From: the human T2T-CHM13v2.0 reference genome, Homo sapiens
Length of the DNA: 64,000 nucleotides
Assembly (NCBI RefSeq): GCF_009914755.1
Contig: NC_060942.1
Reading direction: 5' to 3' (one strand)
This document shows positions 43,139 to 58,710 of the stretch, piece by piece. Each line of letters starts with the position of its first letter. Position 1 is the stretch's first letter. The notes beneath the pieces were generated by a model. It was not told where the DNA came from and did not search any database. It was given only the letters and a program-made list of their open reading frames with translations. Made by a program: the position numbers and the translations under genes.

Positions 43139-43463
43139 GGCCGGCGCAGTAGCTCATGACTGTAATCCTAGCACTTTAGGAAGCTGAGGTGGGTGGGTCA
43201 CTTAAGCTCAGGAGTTCAAGACAAGCCTATGCAACATGACAAAACCCCATCTCAAAAAAAAAAAAAAAAAAAAGCTAGGCATGGTGGTGTGCACCTGTAG
43301 TCTCAGCTACTCAGGAGGTTGAGGTGGGAGAATCACTTGAGCCCAGAAGGTTAAGGTTGCAATAAGCCAAGATGGCGCCACTGCACTCCAGCCTAGGTGA
43401 CAGAGCCAGACCCTGTCTCAAAAAAAAAAAAAAATTAAGATAAAAAATTAAATAAAAATAAAA
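43139..43463 (+). mobile_element. Alu (J/S-like) with long middle A tract
   Basis: ggccggcgcagtagctca...ccctgtctcaaaaa. Confidence 0.92.
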
Positions 43464-43978
43464 ACTCGGAGCCCCTCCTTACTTTTCTGAACCATAGGTT
43501 CTAAGTTCTAGAGCTGGCAGGGACCTGAGAAAGCAGGCAGCCCTGTCCTGTCCTCGTAAGTTATAGAGAAGCCGAGGACTGGACGATGTCACTGGTGACC
43601 AGATCCAAGTGCAGGCCGCAGTGCTCTTCGCCCTGTGACTCTTGGAGTTCCTAGTGTGTTCTGTTTCCAAGGGGAAAATGCACACGTAGCACGCACAGAA
43701 ACTCCCAGGAGCCCAAGCTTTCCATTACCCACAGCTCTCCATTGCTCAGCCCTCCTGGATGCGCTGGGATTTGGCAAGGTGAGTGGTCTGTCATAAGGAA
43801 TCAGAAAAGTACACTTTTTTTTCTGGAATTGGATTTTCCTGTTTTCTTTTTTTTTTCCTGGGAGATGGTGTTCAAACTGGTAGGAACACACACCAAGCGT
43901 AACTTTCCTTGATTCTGACACATTTATGGTCATCATTGCGCTCAAACTGTCTTCAAGCCTCTCCTCTTTTCCTTCCAG

Positions 43979-44509
43979 ATCATGCATGCCCCGCGGTCCA
44001 GGGACAGGTTCACAGCGCCGTCCTTCATCCAGAGGGATCGCTTCAGCCGCTTCCAGCCCACCTACCCCTATGTGCAGCACGAGATTGATCTTCCTCCCAC
44101 CATCTCCCTGTCCGACGGTGAAGAGCCACCTCCTTACCAGGGGCCCTGCACCCTGCAGCTCCGGGACCCTGAACAGCAGATGGAACTCAACCGAGAGTCC
44201 GTGAGGGCCCCACCCAACCGAACCATATTTGACAGTGATTTAATAGACATTGCTATGTATAGCGGGGGTCCATGCCCACCCAGCAGCAACTCGGGCATCA
44301 GTGCAAGCACCTGCAGCAGTAACGGGAGGATGGAGGGGCCACCCCCCACATACAGCGAGGTGATGGGCCACCACCCAGGCGCCTCTTTCCTCCATCACCA
44401 GCGCAGCAACGCACACAGGGGCAGCAGACTGCAGTTTCAGCAGAACAATGCAGAGAGCACAATAGTACCCATCAAAGGCAAAGATAGGAAGCCTGGGAAC
44501 CTGGTCTGA
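43979..44509 (+). CDS. LDLRAD4: LDLRAD4 last coding exon: cytoplasmic tail with PPPY (44126-44137), PPNR Smad-interaction motif (44210-44221) and PPTY (44342-44353)
   Basis: Acceptor ctcttttccttccag at 43978; [19 protein letters not shown]...KPGNLV*; motif set characteristic of the PMEPA1/LDLRAD4 TGF-beta inhibitors. Confidence 0.97.
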   Translation: MMHAPRSRDRFTAPSFIQRDRFSRFQPTYPYVQHEIDLPPTISLSDGEEPPPYQGPCTLQLRDPEQQMELNRESVRAPPNRTIFDSDLIDIAMYSGGPCPPSSNSGISASTCSSNGRMEGPPPTYSEVMGHHPGASFLHHQRSNAHRGSRLQFQQNNAESTIVPIKGKDRKPGNLV

Positions 44510-47500
44510 TTCCTTCCAACGTGCACTTCAGCTGGAGAAAGAAACCAAGAAGGGAAGCGGCCGCTGGGCCCCTCCTGCGCACAGTGTTGTTCAGTTTCAC
44601 ATGGTACAAATAAGTAAAACCAAATGAGCAAACACGGTCTTTGTTTCTGATTCCTTTTAGGGGAATTGCATGCAAACTAGACTGAAATGATACAAACTTC
44701 CATCTGGTCTGACCGCAAACAGTGTTTATTTGGGGACAGGGGTTGGGATGGGGGTGTGGGCAGGGGAAAACAGAGAACGGGATGCTTTGAAGATACCATG
44801 AAATAAAACCCACAGAGGTATTTGATGTATTTAATTGTGAAAGGAGACTTTGCAGATAAATGAGGCCAGAATGGCATGTTTTATAATTAACTGAATAAAG
44901 AAGGAAGCATTATTATATATTATTGTGGGGAAGAACCAGCCAGTTCGCTTTTTCTCCTAAGGTGTGGAACTTTTATTTTGTTTTAAAAATATGAATCAAA
45001 ATTCCTGTGTTGTGTGCCAAGGTATAAAGTGGAGAAGTTAGATGAGTGCAAGGAGCTCCTTTGTGTTGTGATGATGTGTTTTAAAAGTTGCACTATCTTA
45101 ATGTTGAAAATATTTACAAGGGAACTGTTTTACGTGAAGTTCTGTATGTTGTCTTTTCACCTGTGGATTGTAATCAGGCCCAAGGAATATCCTGGAGTGG
45201 TCCCCAGAAGCATCCAAGAAAAGATATTTGGGGACGTAGCCTAACATTTTACCAACTTACGTAAATCAAAAAAGTCATTATTGTTGCAGGAGTTTGCATC
45301 AAATAGCAGTGCATCGCTGAAGCTTTTGGAGACTTTTGGATGGAAGATAAGATAGGGAAGATTAAGTTCCAGCATTTCTGACTTGTTATTTTGAGTTACT
45401 CTGCTACTCTTAGGCTGCATAGTTTATGAGAAAATGAACACATGCATTTATGGATCCAGTATCATGCAGTGCTGCCCTCATCCTCCAGCAGTGCAATTTC
45501 TTCAGTAATTTAGATTTTTTTCACTATAGCATGAAATATATTCAAATACATACCTTATTTTATGCAATAAATTGTTTAAAATGCAAGGTGGTTATTCTGC
45601 ATACTGTTGAAATATGTGACTCCTCAGTATATTCCCATTGCCTCTCCCCCTTTCCTCGACAGCTTAGTTCAGTTCTGCAGGGCTGCTCAGTTCACAGGAG
45701 GCTCCCAGCAGCCACCCCACATCCAGCCTACACAGAACTTCGTGTGGGAGTGGTGTGGGTGGTGGTTTCTTATGCTTTGGAAGCCCCTAGAAATAATGAC
45801 GGAAGAATGCCATGTTGCTGATCGTGGTAATAAGCCATTGTGGGTTATTGTATGTCACTAGTATTAGCATAGCATTCTTAAAGGAATGCAGTGCTCAAAA
45901 CCTACCCAAATTCCCGCAGGATTCTACCAAACCCTTCCCCAGGCCAGCTTTTGTACTGAAGGCAAGAACTGGACAGTCAGAGAACAGTGGAGGGGGCAAG
46001 TGACTGAAGAGCACCGGGTAAAAAGCACAACATGCAGTTAAAATGCAACTAGAAAACTAATTTTAAATATTGTTAGTTTTAATATTCCTGATATTTACAA
46101 ATATTCATTCTTATATACAATGAAAAAAATAACTTTCTTCTGCAGATGTAAGCACTGGCTTTTATAAGAGCAGCAGCCAACACGTTTAGCAGACACTGCG
46201 CGTGGAGAAGGGCTTATCTGCAGTACACTCTGCCATGTGGAGGGTGGGCCTCTGTGGCCTCTTCACATAACAAGATGAGCTGGAATGATGATTCCATGAC
46301 TCCCACCTATGCAGCCTTAAAGCCAAATCCGCGTGTGTGTGTTTGTGTCTGTCTGTGGGTCTCGAAGGTGATCCGTCGGTGCGGTGGCTCTGTGCTGTAA
46401 CTGGAGAGACTGTTCCAAACCCCAAGAGTTGTCTGATCCTAGTCTGTTCCCTTCTGCTTCTTACCTCTGTAGATAGGTCACTGGTTTTTGTTTGTTTGTT
46501 TTGAGGATTGGAATTTCCATTACATTCATCCTTTGCACACAGTAACATCCACAGAACTAGTCCAACTCTTAAAAGGAGAGAGGAAAAACACAGGCACCAG
46601 TTGTCAGCTCATGCTTACAACCTGTGTGGAAGTATATACAGTTGAGAGTCACAGTGGAGGTTCTGAGACTGGATTCAGTCTTGTTCCAGTGACAGTTGGA
46701 AGGCCTCTGCTGGAGAGACACCAGCTCTCAGGGCAGAGATTGGCTTGGGGCCAGAAGGACCCTCCCCAACCCTGGAGACACCCTGAAGGTTCACTGGCTC
46801 TCCAGATTAGCCTCTCTTCCTCTGTCAGGCAAAGATGAGGAGCCCGTGTTCCCATCGGGCCCTGCTGGCAGGGACTTGCAGTGGATTCTTGGTCAGGTGT
46901 GCCCACAGATGCGGAGGCGAGGTGAGTGATTCCATCATTTCAGTTCTCACCTGCAGTTTTGGTGAAGCAGGAGATGCACCCCACAGCTCTAGCTCTCAAA
47001 TGGCTTCACAGTCCTTACTTCTCTACCTGCCTCAAGAAGGGGCTCAGAGCAGAGACTTGTGAATTCCTTAGTAACTGTGAGTATATGAATGTGTTGCACA
47101 TGTCCACAGTATTGGCGAGATAATTACATAATTCAGATACCTTTAATCATCTTTCAAGAAAGAGGCTCCTCCCATTCAACCACCCTAGAGAACTGCCTTT
47201 GTTAAATAGTTATTTAAAGACTCATACATATCAAACCATGACTTTGAAAGGTCTTCGAGGCTGGGGCTCTGTAATGAATTAGTTTAAAAGCCAAGGTCAT
47301 AACATGAATTGATGGTCAATTTCCCTTCAGCAGAAGGAAAAGGTGATTTAGATCAGTAGCTCTTTTGAAGGTTGTGGCTGACCTGTTCATACCGTGTCGC
47401 CTCATGGCTAGTGTGGCGTTGAAAGAGTAGCGACTGGGAAGATACAACTTACACAGTGGGGCCTATTGTTCTTTCAAGAACCCTTTTTTTAGCTTATAGA

Positions 47501-50500
47501 ACCCATGGGTCCAGTTTAGTAACGAGTGATTTAGGCAATCAATGATAGGTTTATAATCTTAGATTATTCCAGCAAAGTGTGGATTGCATTGTTAGGAAGA
47601 ACATTTGGTGGGAATGAACACTCCTGGGCATACCGCTGACTTTTGTCCCTTGTTCCCGGTGTAGGAGACCCAAGGCATCTTGAATCCCATCTATAAGAAC
47701 ACAATCTTCCAGCATACGTTTGCTTTTTCAGAAACTCTAGCATTCTCTTTAAATACTGACGCAATCCTTAATGGAAAAGAGATTTCATGAAGCAAATTAT
47801 GTATTTCAATAGTTCTTCTATTTTTAGTGTCCAAAATTTACTAATACAGAAGCTTGACAAGCATGTCCTCACCCTCCCCACCACATAAACACATGGACAC
47901 ACACCCAAGCCACAAGAAATCCCAAGAGAGCAGAAGCGAATTTTTAAAAGATTTATCGTGAGGACTGCATTTCCATTCACTAATTTTGGCTCAAACTTAT
48001 GAGGCAGGAAATAGGGGCCAACAGTAAATGGGGGAGGCCTCCTGACACCAGCAGAGGAATTTTGTACCCAGGCGAGGACTTCTTGAACTTCTGCGTATCT
48101 CCGTTTGATCTCTTTCACCTTTATTTCATCTTCATAAGAATGAGAAAGGCTCAAAAGGAAGCACTTTTAGAAATCTTCTCTGACCTAGAAGAATCCATCC
48201 AAATCCCTGCCTTCCTCTCTGAACCAACAGTTCCCTTCTCTGACAGGGGCCATCCTCTATCTTCCATCCAGCGGCTCTTCTTTTTAGGAAGGCTCTGGTG
48301 CAGAGCACTTCAAATATGTCCTCAGGCCAGATACTGATTGCTAGTAGAGAGACACCCGGCACCCAGTCCGAAGCCCTCCCTCAAAGGACCGGCTTATGGC
48401 GTTGGTCACTGGCAGGCTCAGAGACATTCTGCTGTGGGCGCAGGGAGCCCGGCCCCCCATGCAGCCATGACTGGATGCGCCCCCATCTCGGGGGCTTGCT
48501 GCACTGCTTGTTTATTGAATTTTGCTACTTAGAATGGCAACATTAACTTTGTGTACCATTCATTTTTTAAAAATTTTCCAAAGCTCGGCAGTGTATGAAA
48601 GAAAAAACTGGGAAAGATACTTGGTTTCTGTTAACTTTTGTGTTGCTTGCTTAAGTGATTAAAGCCAGTGCTTGGAGCCAAGCCTTCATGCCACGAACAT
48701 GCTCCACAGCCTGCCCTTTGCTCTCCTGCTCACACTGACCAAGAATGCCGCGTGCTTGGCCTACTGAGGTGAAAGGACAATTGAATGACAGGTGGGCAAA
48801 GGGAGAACTTCCCCTTCTTGGTGCGAGGAAAGTCACAAATTTAAAAATGTTGCTTCCAGCCCAGATCCTAAATGCTAGTTCTCAGCAGCTGCGTGGCTTA
48901 CCGTTCGCCATTTCCACCACCGCCAGCTGCCAGCACCGCTACAGATCACAGAGATGTGAACAGACAATGGAAAGCACTCTTAGCCTTGCAGTGGTCTACA
49001 TTTTTTAGGAACCAATATTTCAGCATTCTTTATTACCCGGCACGCTGTGTCCTTTGCAGAGTTCAAGTTTATGTTACTGCCAGGGTCAGACAGTCATTTG
49101 CTGCTGCTGCTGCTGCTGCTGCTTCTCGAACTGGATGCATTAGGAAGCTGCTGTCTGAGTGTAGGAATGTCTTGCTAAGAAAGCAATGTCTTCCTTCATC
49201 CTTTTCTTTCTTCCCTCTGCGTGTCCTTGTTTTTGTGTAATGCGGGAGAGGGTTAGAGCTATAGAGATTATATATACACTATCCGTGCACATTATATATA
49301 TGTAGATATACCCCTATCATGTCAGAGATCTGCATGTCAGTTTTTCAGCAACTAAGGTGCCTCATGTTCTGAGTTCAGCAGATATAGGAACCAAGCCGCC
49401 CCCTCCTGCACTTGATGCTCCCACCTTTGTTGTGCCTCACTTAAAATGGTGCTTTTTTCAGTTGTCTGTCTTTTCTTATGTTTTTATTTGTAAGGTGCTG
49501 TATATAAGTTGAATATATTATGCACATATCCTACCCAATGGGTAGAACAAAAAGTTGTTAATACTGTAATATAATGTATAGATGATACCAATTTTAACAG
49601 AAATGGCATAGAATTTGTGAATGCCTATGTGCTTTGTCCTCTTTTGTAAGGAAATTTGCAAATGGATGCATACAGATTAAAGTCTATGTAGTTTATTTTC
49701 CTATTAAATATCAATATTATAACACAAGAGAAAGAAGTGTGAACAAACAAGCAACAGTTTATGACCAGCGTATATATAGCAATGGAAAGTTGCATCTTTG
49801 CTGTGAAAACACTTTAAAGAAAATACTTTTTAAAAAATCCCACAGCTTTTTGGTTGCCACTAGACGCTTCTTATTTTAATCATTTTAGTAATGCTCAGCT
49901 GGACCAGTGTTAGTTATATTTGAGTCAGAAAAATGTTGTTTTTCAACTTGCTTTATAATCTCCTGCATCTATCTCCTGCTGTAGCATCATGAAGGTGTCA
50001 GGCAACAGTGAAAAGTGCACATTTTTGTTGTTGCAGAAACTGTGTCAGAGGAATAAGTAAATCAGCCTGCAGCAGAAGACTTTGTTCAGCTCCAGAGGCA
50101 TCTGTGACCGTCTGTGTCCAAGTCTCTCTGTGCCTTTTTCTTTTACAAACTGAAGCTGTGGAGCCAATGAAGTAACAGTAGAGATTGTAGGGAAAGAATA
50201 CCTCAGGAAAAACAAATACACTTACAAGAAGACCCTGTTCTTAGAAAATGTGTTTAGTTATGGGTTAGCACTAGAAGAGACTTGGCTGTCAGCCAGCCAA
50301 GTGAAGGACCTCTCATCCATTCCCATTCATGTCCCATCATAATACGGACACAAAAAGCAAACTCGGTTTTGCCATCAGTTAGAAATTACGTTTTGGATTG
50401 TATATTGTTACATCTCTCTTCCAGCTTAGTTTTTAGTGTCTGATTGTGACCTCTGCATTTATCTTCAAATACCCTAATTTTAAAACAAAAGAACAAGAAA

Positions 50501-51606
50501 AGTTTATAACACCATGTTCACTAAAACCACGGTTGAATCTTGGGTGTGGGCATCCTTTCGAGTGTTGTCCATAAGAGCAGTTCGTGGAATTTTGCCCATC
50601 TGACCCATATTATCAGCTTATTCTGCCACCAGAGTAGAGTCTAATAAATTCCAAAGTTTTTATTTGCTCCATGGTGTATGTTCTGACTTTGAAAATGTCA
50701 GATTCTATAATCATACCCCTAACATCCAGGAAACAAATGACAGATTATCTTTAAACTGAAATTGACTCTACAATGCAACCCTTAATGCTGAATGGATTAA
50801 AAAAGTCAGCCCTTTTAGTATCTGTTTGAAAGGGCCGTAAAAAGTTGACACTTTTGTTGTTGTGGATCCTGCGTGTCTAGACCCACGTGTTGTTTCCATC
50901 GTATACTGTAGGGTGCACCCCTTGGGATTCATCATTAAGAACTGAGGCTCACTGTTGTCAGAAACAAAGCTCCCACCCCCCAGGTTCAACCTTGTGGGAG
51001 AACTGTTGAGCATGAGAATGTTCTAGACTCAGAGGTACTAAAATTTGTTACCACATCATTGCTTCCTTTCTACAGGACGAATTGAGGCTTAAACTTTACT
51101 GTTAATGATACTGGTTCATTTTAATGTGCTTGTTGGTATGTTGCTATTTTTCATTTCATAGCTTTCAAAAATCATGCTAATTGTATACTTGTCTAGTTTA
51201 AGGCTATTTTAAAATATGTACAATACTATTCACAGCATTTAGTTCGTTTAATTTTTATTATAAAGCAATCTACTAAAAAAGTACAACTGTATTTGAACTT
51301 TTCAATAGTTGTTTGTGAGCTATGATAATCAAAAGTCATTAAAGTCTTTTTTAACAAACATTCGTGCTTACTTTTCAACATAATTCCCAGTTATATACAG
51401 AAAAAGATTTCCACCTGTCACGTATCTGCCTCTTTTACCTGAGCAATGGTGTAGTTCTTAGACCTAAGGTCTGTAATTGCAATACTTTTAAAGAAAGATG
51501 TTGCTCTAAGTGCTGTTTGTTAGTTATGAAATCAGATTTTTCTGCTTGTTCTTAATGCTGTGGTCAAACCATAGCACAAAATCATTAAAAATAATCAGCG
51601 GCATAC
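44510..51606 (+). other. LDLRAD4: LDLRAD4 long 3'UTR (~7.1 kb)
   Basis: AU-rich stretch after the stop codon with no recognisable Alu, ending at ATTAAA plus a GU/U-rich element; several upstream AATAAA. Confidence 0.75.
49099..49122 (+). repeat. (TGC)8 / (CTG)7 trinucleotide repeat in 3'UTR
   Basis: tgctgctgctgctgctgctgctgc. Confidence 0.95.
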
Positions 51607-51645
51607 ATTTGTCCCTTGGGTTTTTGTTTTGTTTTTCTTTGTCTT
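51584..51645 (+). terminator. LDLRAD4: Distal polyadenylation signal (ATTAAA 51584-51589) with downstream GU/U-rich element
   Basis: attaaa, a CA about 17 nt later, then tttgtcccttgggtttttgttttgttttt. Confidence 0.7.
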
Positions 51646-54495
51646 TCAGCAACAAGGCACATGCATGGGGAAAATGCTGTGTGTTTTAAGACCTGTCTCA
51701 AAGAAATACTTCCTGTGGCTCCCTAGCTAAACTTCCCACTCAGCTTGTAGTCACTCTGACTTTTCAAAAAAATCACTACTTCATATTCTACTAGAAGCAA
51801 TTCTGGTCAGATCATGATTCGTTTCCCAATGCTGGGTTCTACACAGGTCATTCAGACAGTCATCAGGTCCCCTCATGCAAGGAGTCCCCAGAGAAACTGC
51901 TCACCCCACCTGAGGCGCCCAGGGAGGACTTTCTAGATGCCTCAAAAAGTCTTTGGGTGGCTGTCACACAAAACCGAAATGCTCAGCCCAAAATATGAAC
52001 AAGATTCCTAACAATGACAACTATTCCACAATGGAACAGACCCCCTCAGTGTGTGTTTTAAACTCCTTGGCATTGGAGGTCTCCAGTCAGTGATAATGTA
52101 ACAACAGAGAGGCTCTAAATTTCCTACACCGAGAGACTAGAATAGTATTATCTCTATGCTCTAAATAAGAATATGGGTTCACAGATGATGACTGTGTGTG
52201 CATAAAACCCCACACGATCTACCAAACTACTAAAGTGGATTTAGCATGGTTGCAGGATATGCAATTTATTTTTGCATTTCTATGTACTTATAATTAGCAA
52301 ATGGAAACTGAAATTTTGAAAATACCATTCAAAATGGTATGGGCCCCAAATTCTGGTATGGGCCCTAAATTCTAATGGTACATCCATTTTCGATTCTGAA
52401 TTAAATTCTTTCTTTAAGATTATTTTGGAAAGGGGATTTGAAGAGAGCTATAAGAAGGAATAGAGCAATAGGAAAGTTTCTTTCCTGTCAAACAGCAAAT
52501 AGTCACTAATTAACCACACCACACTCTGGAATAAATTCTGTAATCTCTGAATTTAGCAAACCATTAGAGAAATATTAAAGATACCCCCCAAATTTGCTAA
52601 CGCTAACAACTATGCAAACTTTGTTCCTGCAGACAGCTCTGCACAGAAGGAATGAGGGGAATCCAGGCTTGGGATCCCTGCTTATGCAGACCATAAGCAG
52701 CAAATCCAGTAAAACCTGGGACTGGCTTCTCACAACGGAGACACAGGGCTCCTCTCTCCCCCACTGTCCCTGGGAGGCTGTACCAGCTGTCACTTTAGAA
52801 GCTGTCTCAGAGCCAAGGATGTGGGAACTGTTAGCAGAGGAAACAGGCAAATGAGAGAGGAGAGAGAAAATACAAAAGGTATGCTGAGCTGGTTCCCACT
52901 ACGGGCCAAGGGGTTCAACCACACTCGAGAAACCATGCAGGCTGTGCCTCTGAAGGACAGGAGGCTGGGACATCTCATCTGCCCACTGCTGAGGAGTGCC
53001 CTTACAGGTTCATCTTCCCAGCCACCCTGGCTGTGGACTGAGCAAGCTCAGAAGGCTTCAGCAAAATACCTGAGACAGAAAAACAAAGGCTTGGAAGTGC
53101 TTGGAAACTGCTGGTGCACAAAGGAACCGCCCGCTCTGGCTGGAGCTGAAGCGTGGGAGCCAAGAAGCACTCGGCTCAGATGCCTCGGAGACAGTGCAAA
53201 CCAAGCGACAGACAGAACGGGCGGGGTTGGAGGGGATGATGGCAGGGAGAGAGGGCAAGCGCTATGTCCAATGCCCACACCACTGCCTTCTGTCTGAACC
53301 CCCTCCTTGACGATGGTCTCGACACCACCCTGCCCTGGGCCTCCTTAATGCTCCAAAGCTCGTGAATTTGGGTTCTCCATTGTACTTCAGTGCCACCTGA
53401 CTGTTCCCAAACCCCTCCAACTTCTGAAGCTAAGCAATTCCTGGCTTTCTTTCACCCACTTATTTTAGTCATTTGTTTTGCAAACAGAAGTGTCAACAGC
53501 TGAGCAGAATCCACCTGGCCACACACTCACCTGGTTGCCCTCTCCCCACGGCCAGGGGGACTGCCAGAAAGGCATGCTTGAAATAATCCCTTGGAACCTT
53601 CCAGAGACCCACCCAGAGTGGGCCATGGAATAAAGCCCCTATTCTGCTCTCCCATGATGACATGTGCACAGCATATGAGTCTGTTGCTGAGAACATTCTA
53701 ATTAGATTTCCTTCACTACACTGCCTTGATGTTTTGTTTGAATGGATTCTAATTCAAACACACATTTTAAAACAGCTTCCCAAAAGTCTTAATGTCATGT
53801 TTCTGTCAAGACTCTAGCTTTTGCCTTAATAATGCAAACCTCATTCACCCAACTTTACCCTTTCATGCTAAAAAAATCAGAAGTGCAAAAGCTCAGTTTT
53901 TGAACATAGCAGAGTGGTGACTAAAAATACTTTCTAAAGGACTTACTAGTAAGCACATACATTTTTTTTTATTATTCTAAAAAAAAAACTGCAGCTGTAT
54001 ATAGCGGCTCTTATATCACTTTCCCTGCTTACGAAGCCATTTTCATTTACAGAGTTGTATTTGTCTCCACTGTTACCAGTCATCTATAAGCACAAAACGT
54101 TCTGGCAACCTACGCCAGCACCTAGAGCAAGCCACTCCACGCAGGCCCGGGGGCCACTCCACGCGGGCCCGGGGGCCAGGGCTTCAGGGCAGTAGGTGAG
54201 GCGCTGTATTTGGCATGGGATTCCCAGGTGATCTGGCTCCTTGAATATTTCCCGCTTACAGTTAAAGGGCAGCACAGGCTTTGAATCTTAATAGACCTGG
54301 GTGGTCCGAATATTAGCTTCATCTCAAATTAATTAATGTCCCTGACAGGTTTTAAAGTCTCATCTATAGAACAGCAACAGCGATACTTACCTGGCAGGAC
54401 AGTTGTGAAGACGCAAGGAATGTGCACGCCGTAGGGCCTGACATGTGGGGCTCCTCATGAACCATGGCTGTTATCGCTAAAACTTTCTTGTTCTA

Positions 54496-55227
<732 letters not shown>

Positions 55228-55291
55228 TTATGCCCAGCAATGAGTACCACAGGGGCTTAGAGCACCGAGTGACAAGGCAAAGACCAAGTCA

Positions 55292-56718
<1,427 letters not shown>

Positions 56719-58058
56719 CCATCTCAAAAAAATAAAATTAAAAATAAATAAATTACATCTGTTTCTTCTACTTCATTACTTATACATTAGTTATACAGTT
56801 GTTTTAATGAAGCACACTGCAGTGGGGGCGGTGTTTATTATAGCCTTTGTAACAAAATGTGAAAACCCAGAAGGACCTAGGGAGAATAAATGGTTCAAAA
56901 TCATTTGGCTTCTTGCCTTGCTTCCCCCACACCCTCTCCTGCCCTTCCTCCTTTCCTCTGGCTTTCCTTGTCTGAAGGATTCAGGGAAAGCACACGTGGA
57001 TCTGGACACTGTCACTCACCATTCTCTCCACTTGCCTAGCTCAGTCCTGAAGCAGCCCTGGATGCACCCAGGGTCCTCGGGCAGCCTCTCCTGTTGACGG
57101 GCCTTCTCCTTCTGCGTTCCCTCTGCTGACACTGGCCGACCCACCTCCTTCAGGAATGATATGTGCAAGCACTTAGCCTTGTGCCTTACTGACAATGCCA
57201 CTGTAAACCCCAGAACACTTTCCTCCTGTCTCTTGCTCTGATACTTCTTTCACCATCTGCTGGTCTCCCTCTGCAAGGGTTCCAGCCAAGGAGAACCGGC
57301 GATGGGAGAGGCAGGGTGCCTCAACCTGCTGGGTCCTCAGCAGCCTGATGGAGGGGCCACCGCTTCTACAGGGTTCTCACCACACTTGCTGTTTAACCAC
57401 CATGAGTGACAAAGGCAAATGCCACACAGCAATTCTAAGCCCATCAGGTGCATGAGACACCAAACACCGCTCACAGACACTGCGGAGGGCACAGACTGGC
57501 TGTGTAGCAGGCACTGCAGTGCAGAACTGCCCACACAGTGTATGAGGGGCCAGGGTTTTTGTTTGATTTGCATTTTATTGTGGTAAAAATACTTAACATG
57601 AGAGCTACCCTCTTACCACATTTTTAAGCATATAATACAGTACAGGTTTTAAGGTTGGTAATTTTCATGGAATTCAGAGGCCAACCTCTATATTTTGGTG
57701 AAAACTAACAGTTCTTAATCTGAACTACTCAACACTAAAATTTTCCACAAATGGCAGCTTCTGATCACTTCAGATGTTCCAGTGATTGGTAGCAATTAAA
57801 TGGAAAATTCCAATCTGAGCTGGCTCCAAGTATGCCACAAGTACAGGATCAGAAGCTATGACCACTGTCTGAGCCTCCTCACAGCAGCAAAGCAGGAAAC
57901 AGCAAACTCAGTTTGTACCAACGGGGCAATGGGGAATTTCCTGAGGTCAAATCCTCCTTGGATGTGTGAAATATTTAAACTTAGATGCAAAGAAACTAGA
58001 TTTAATAACTGTTGCCATTACTTGCCTTCTAGTACGGATTTGGATGTTTCAAAATAGT

Positions 58059-58710
<652 letters not shown>

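Noticed and set aside
50875-50882. Palindromic Smad-binding element GTCTAGAC
   Set aside because: One 8-mer in 64 kb is about chance expectation and it lies in the 3'UTR
52335-54174. Short tandem duplications (19 bp at about 52335-52372; 22 bp at 54131-54174)
   Set aside because: Ordinary slippage duplications with no sign of function
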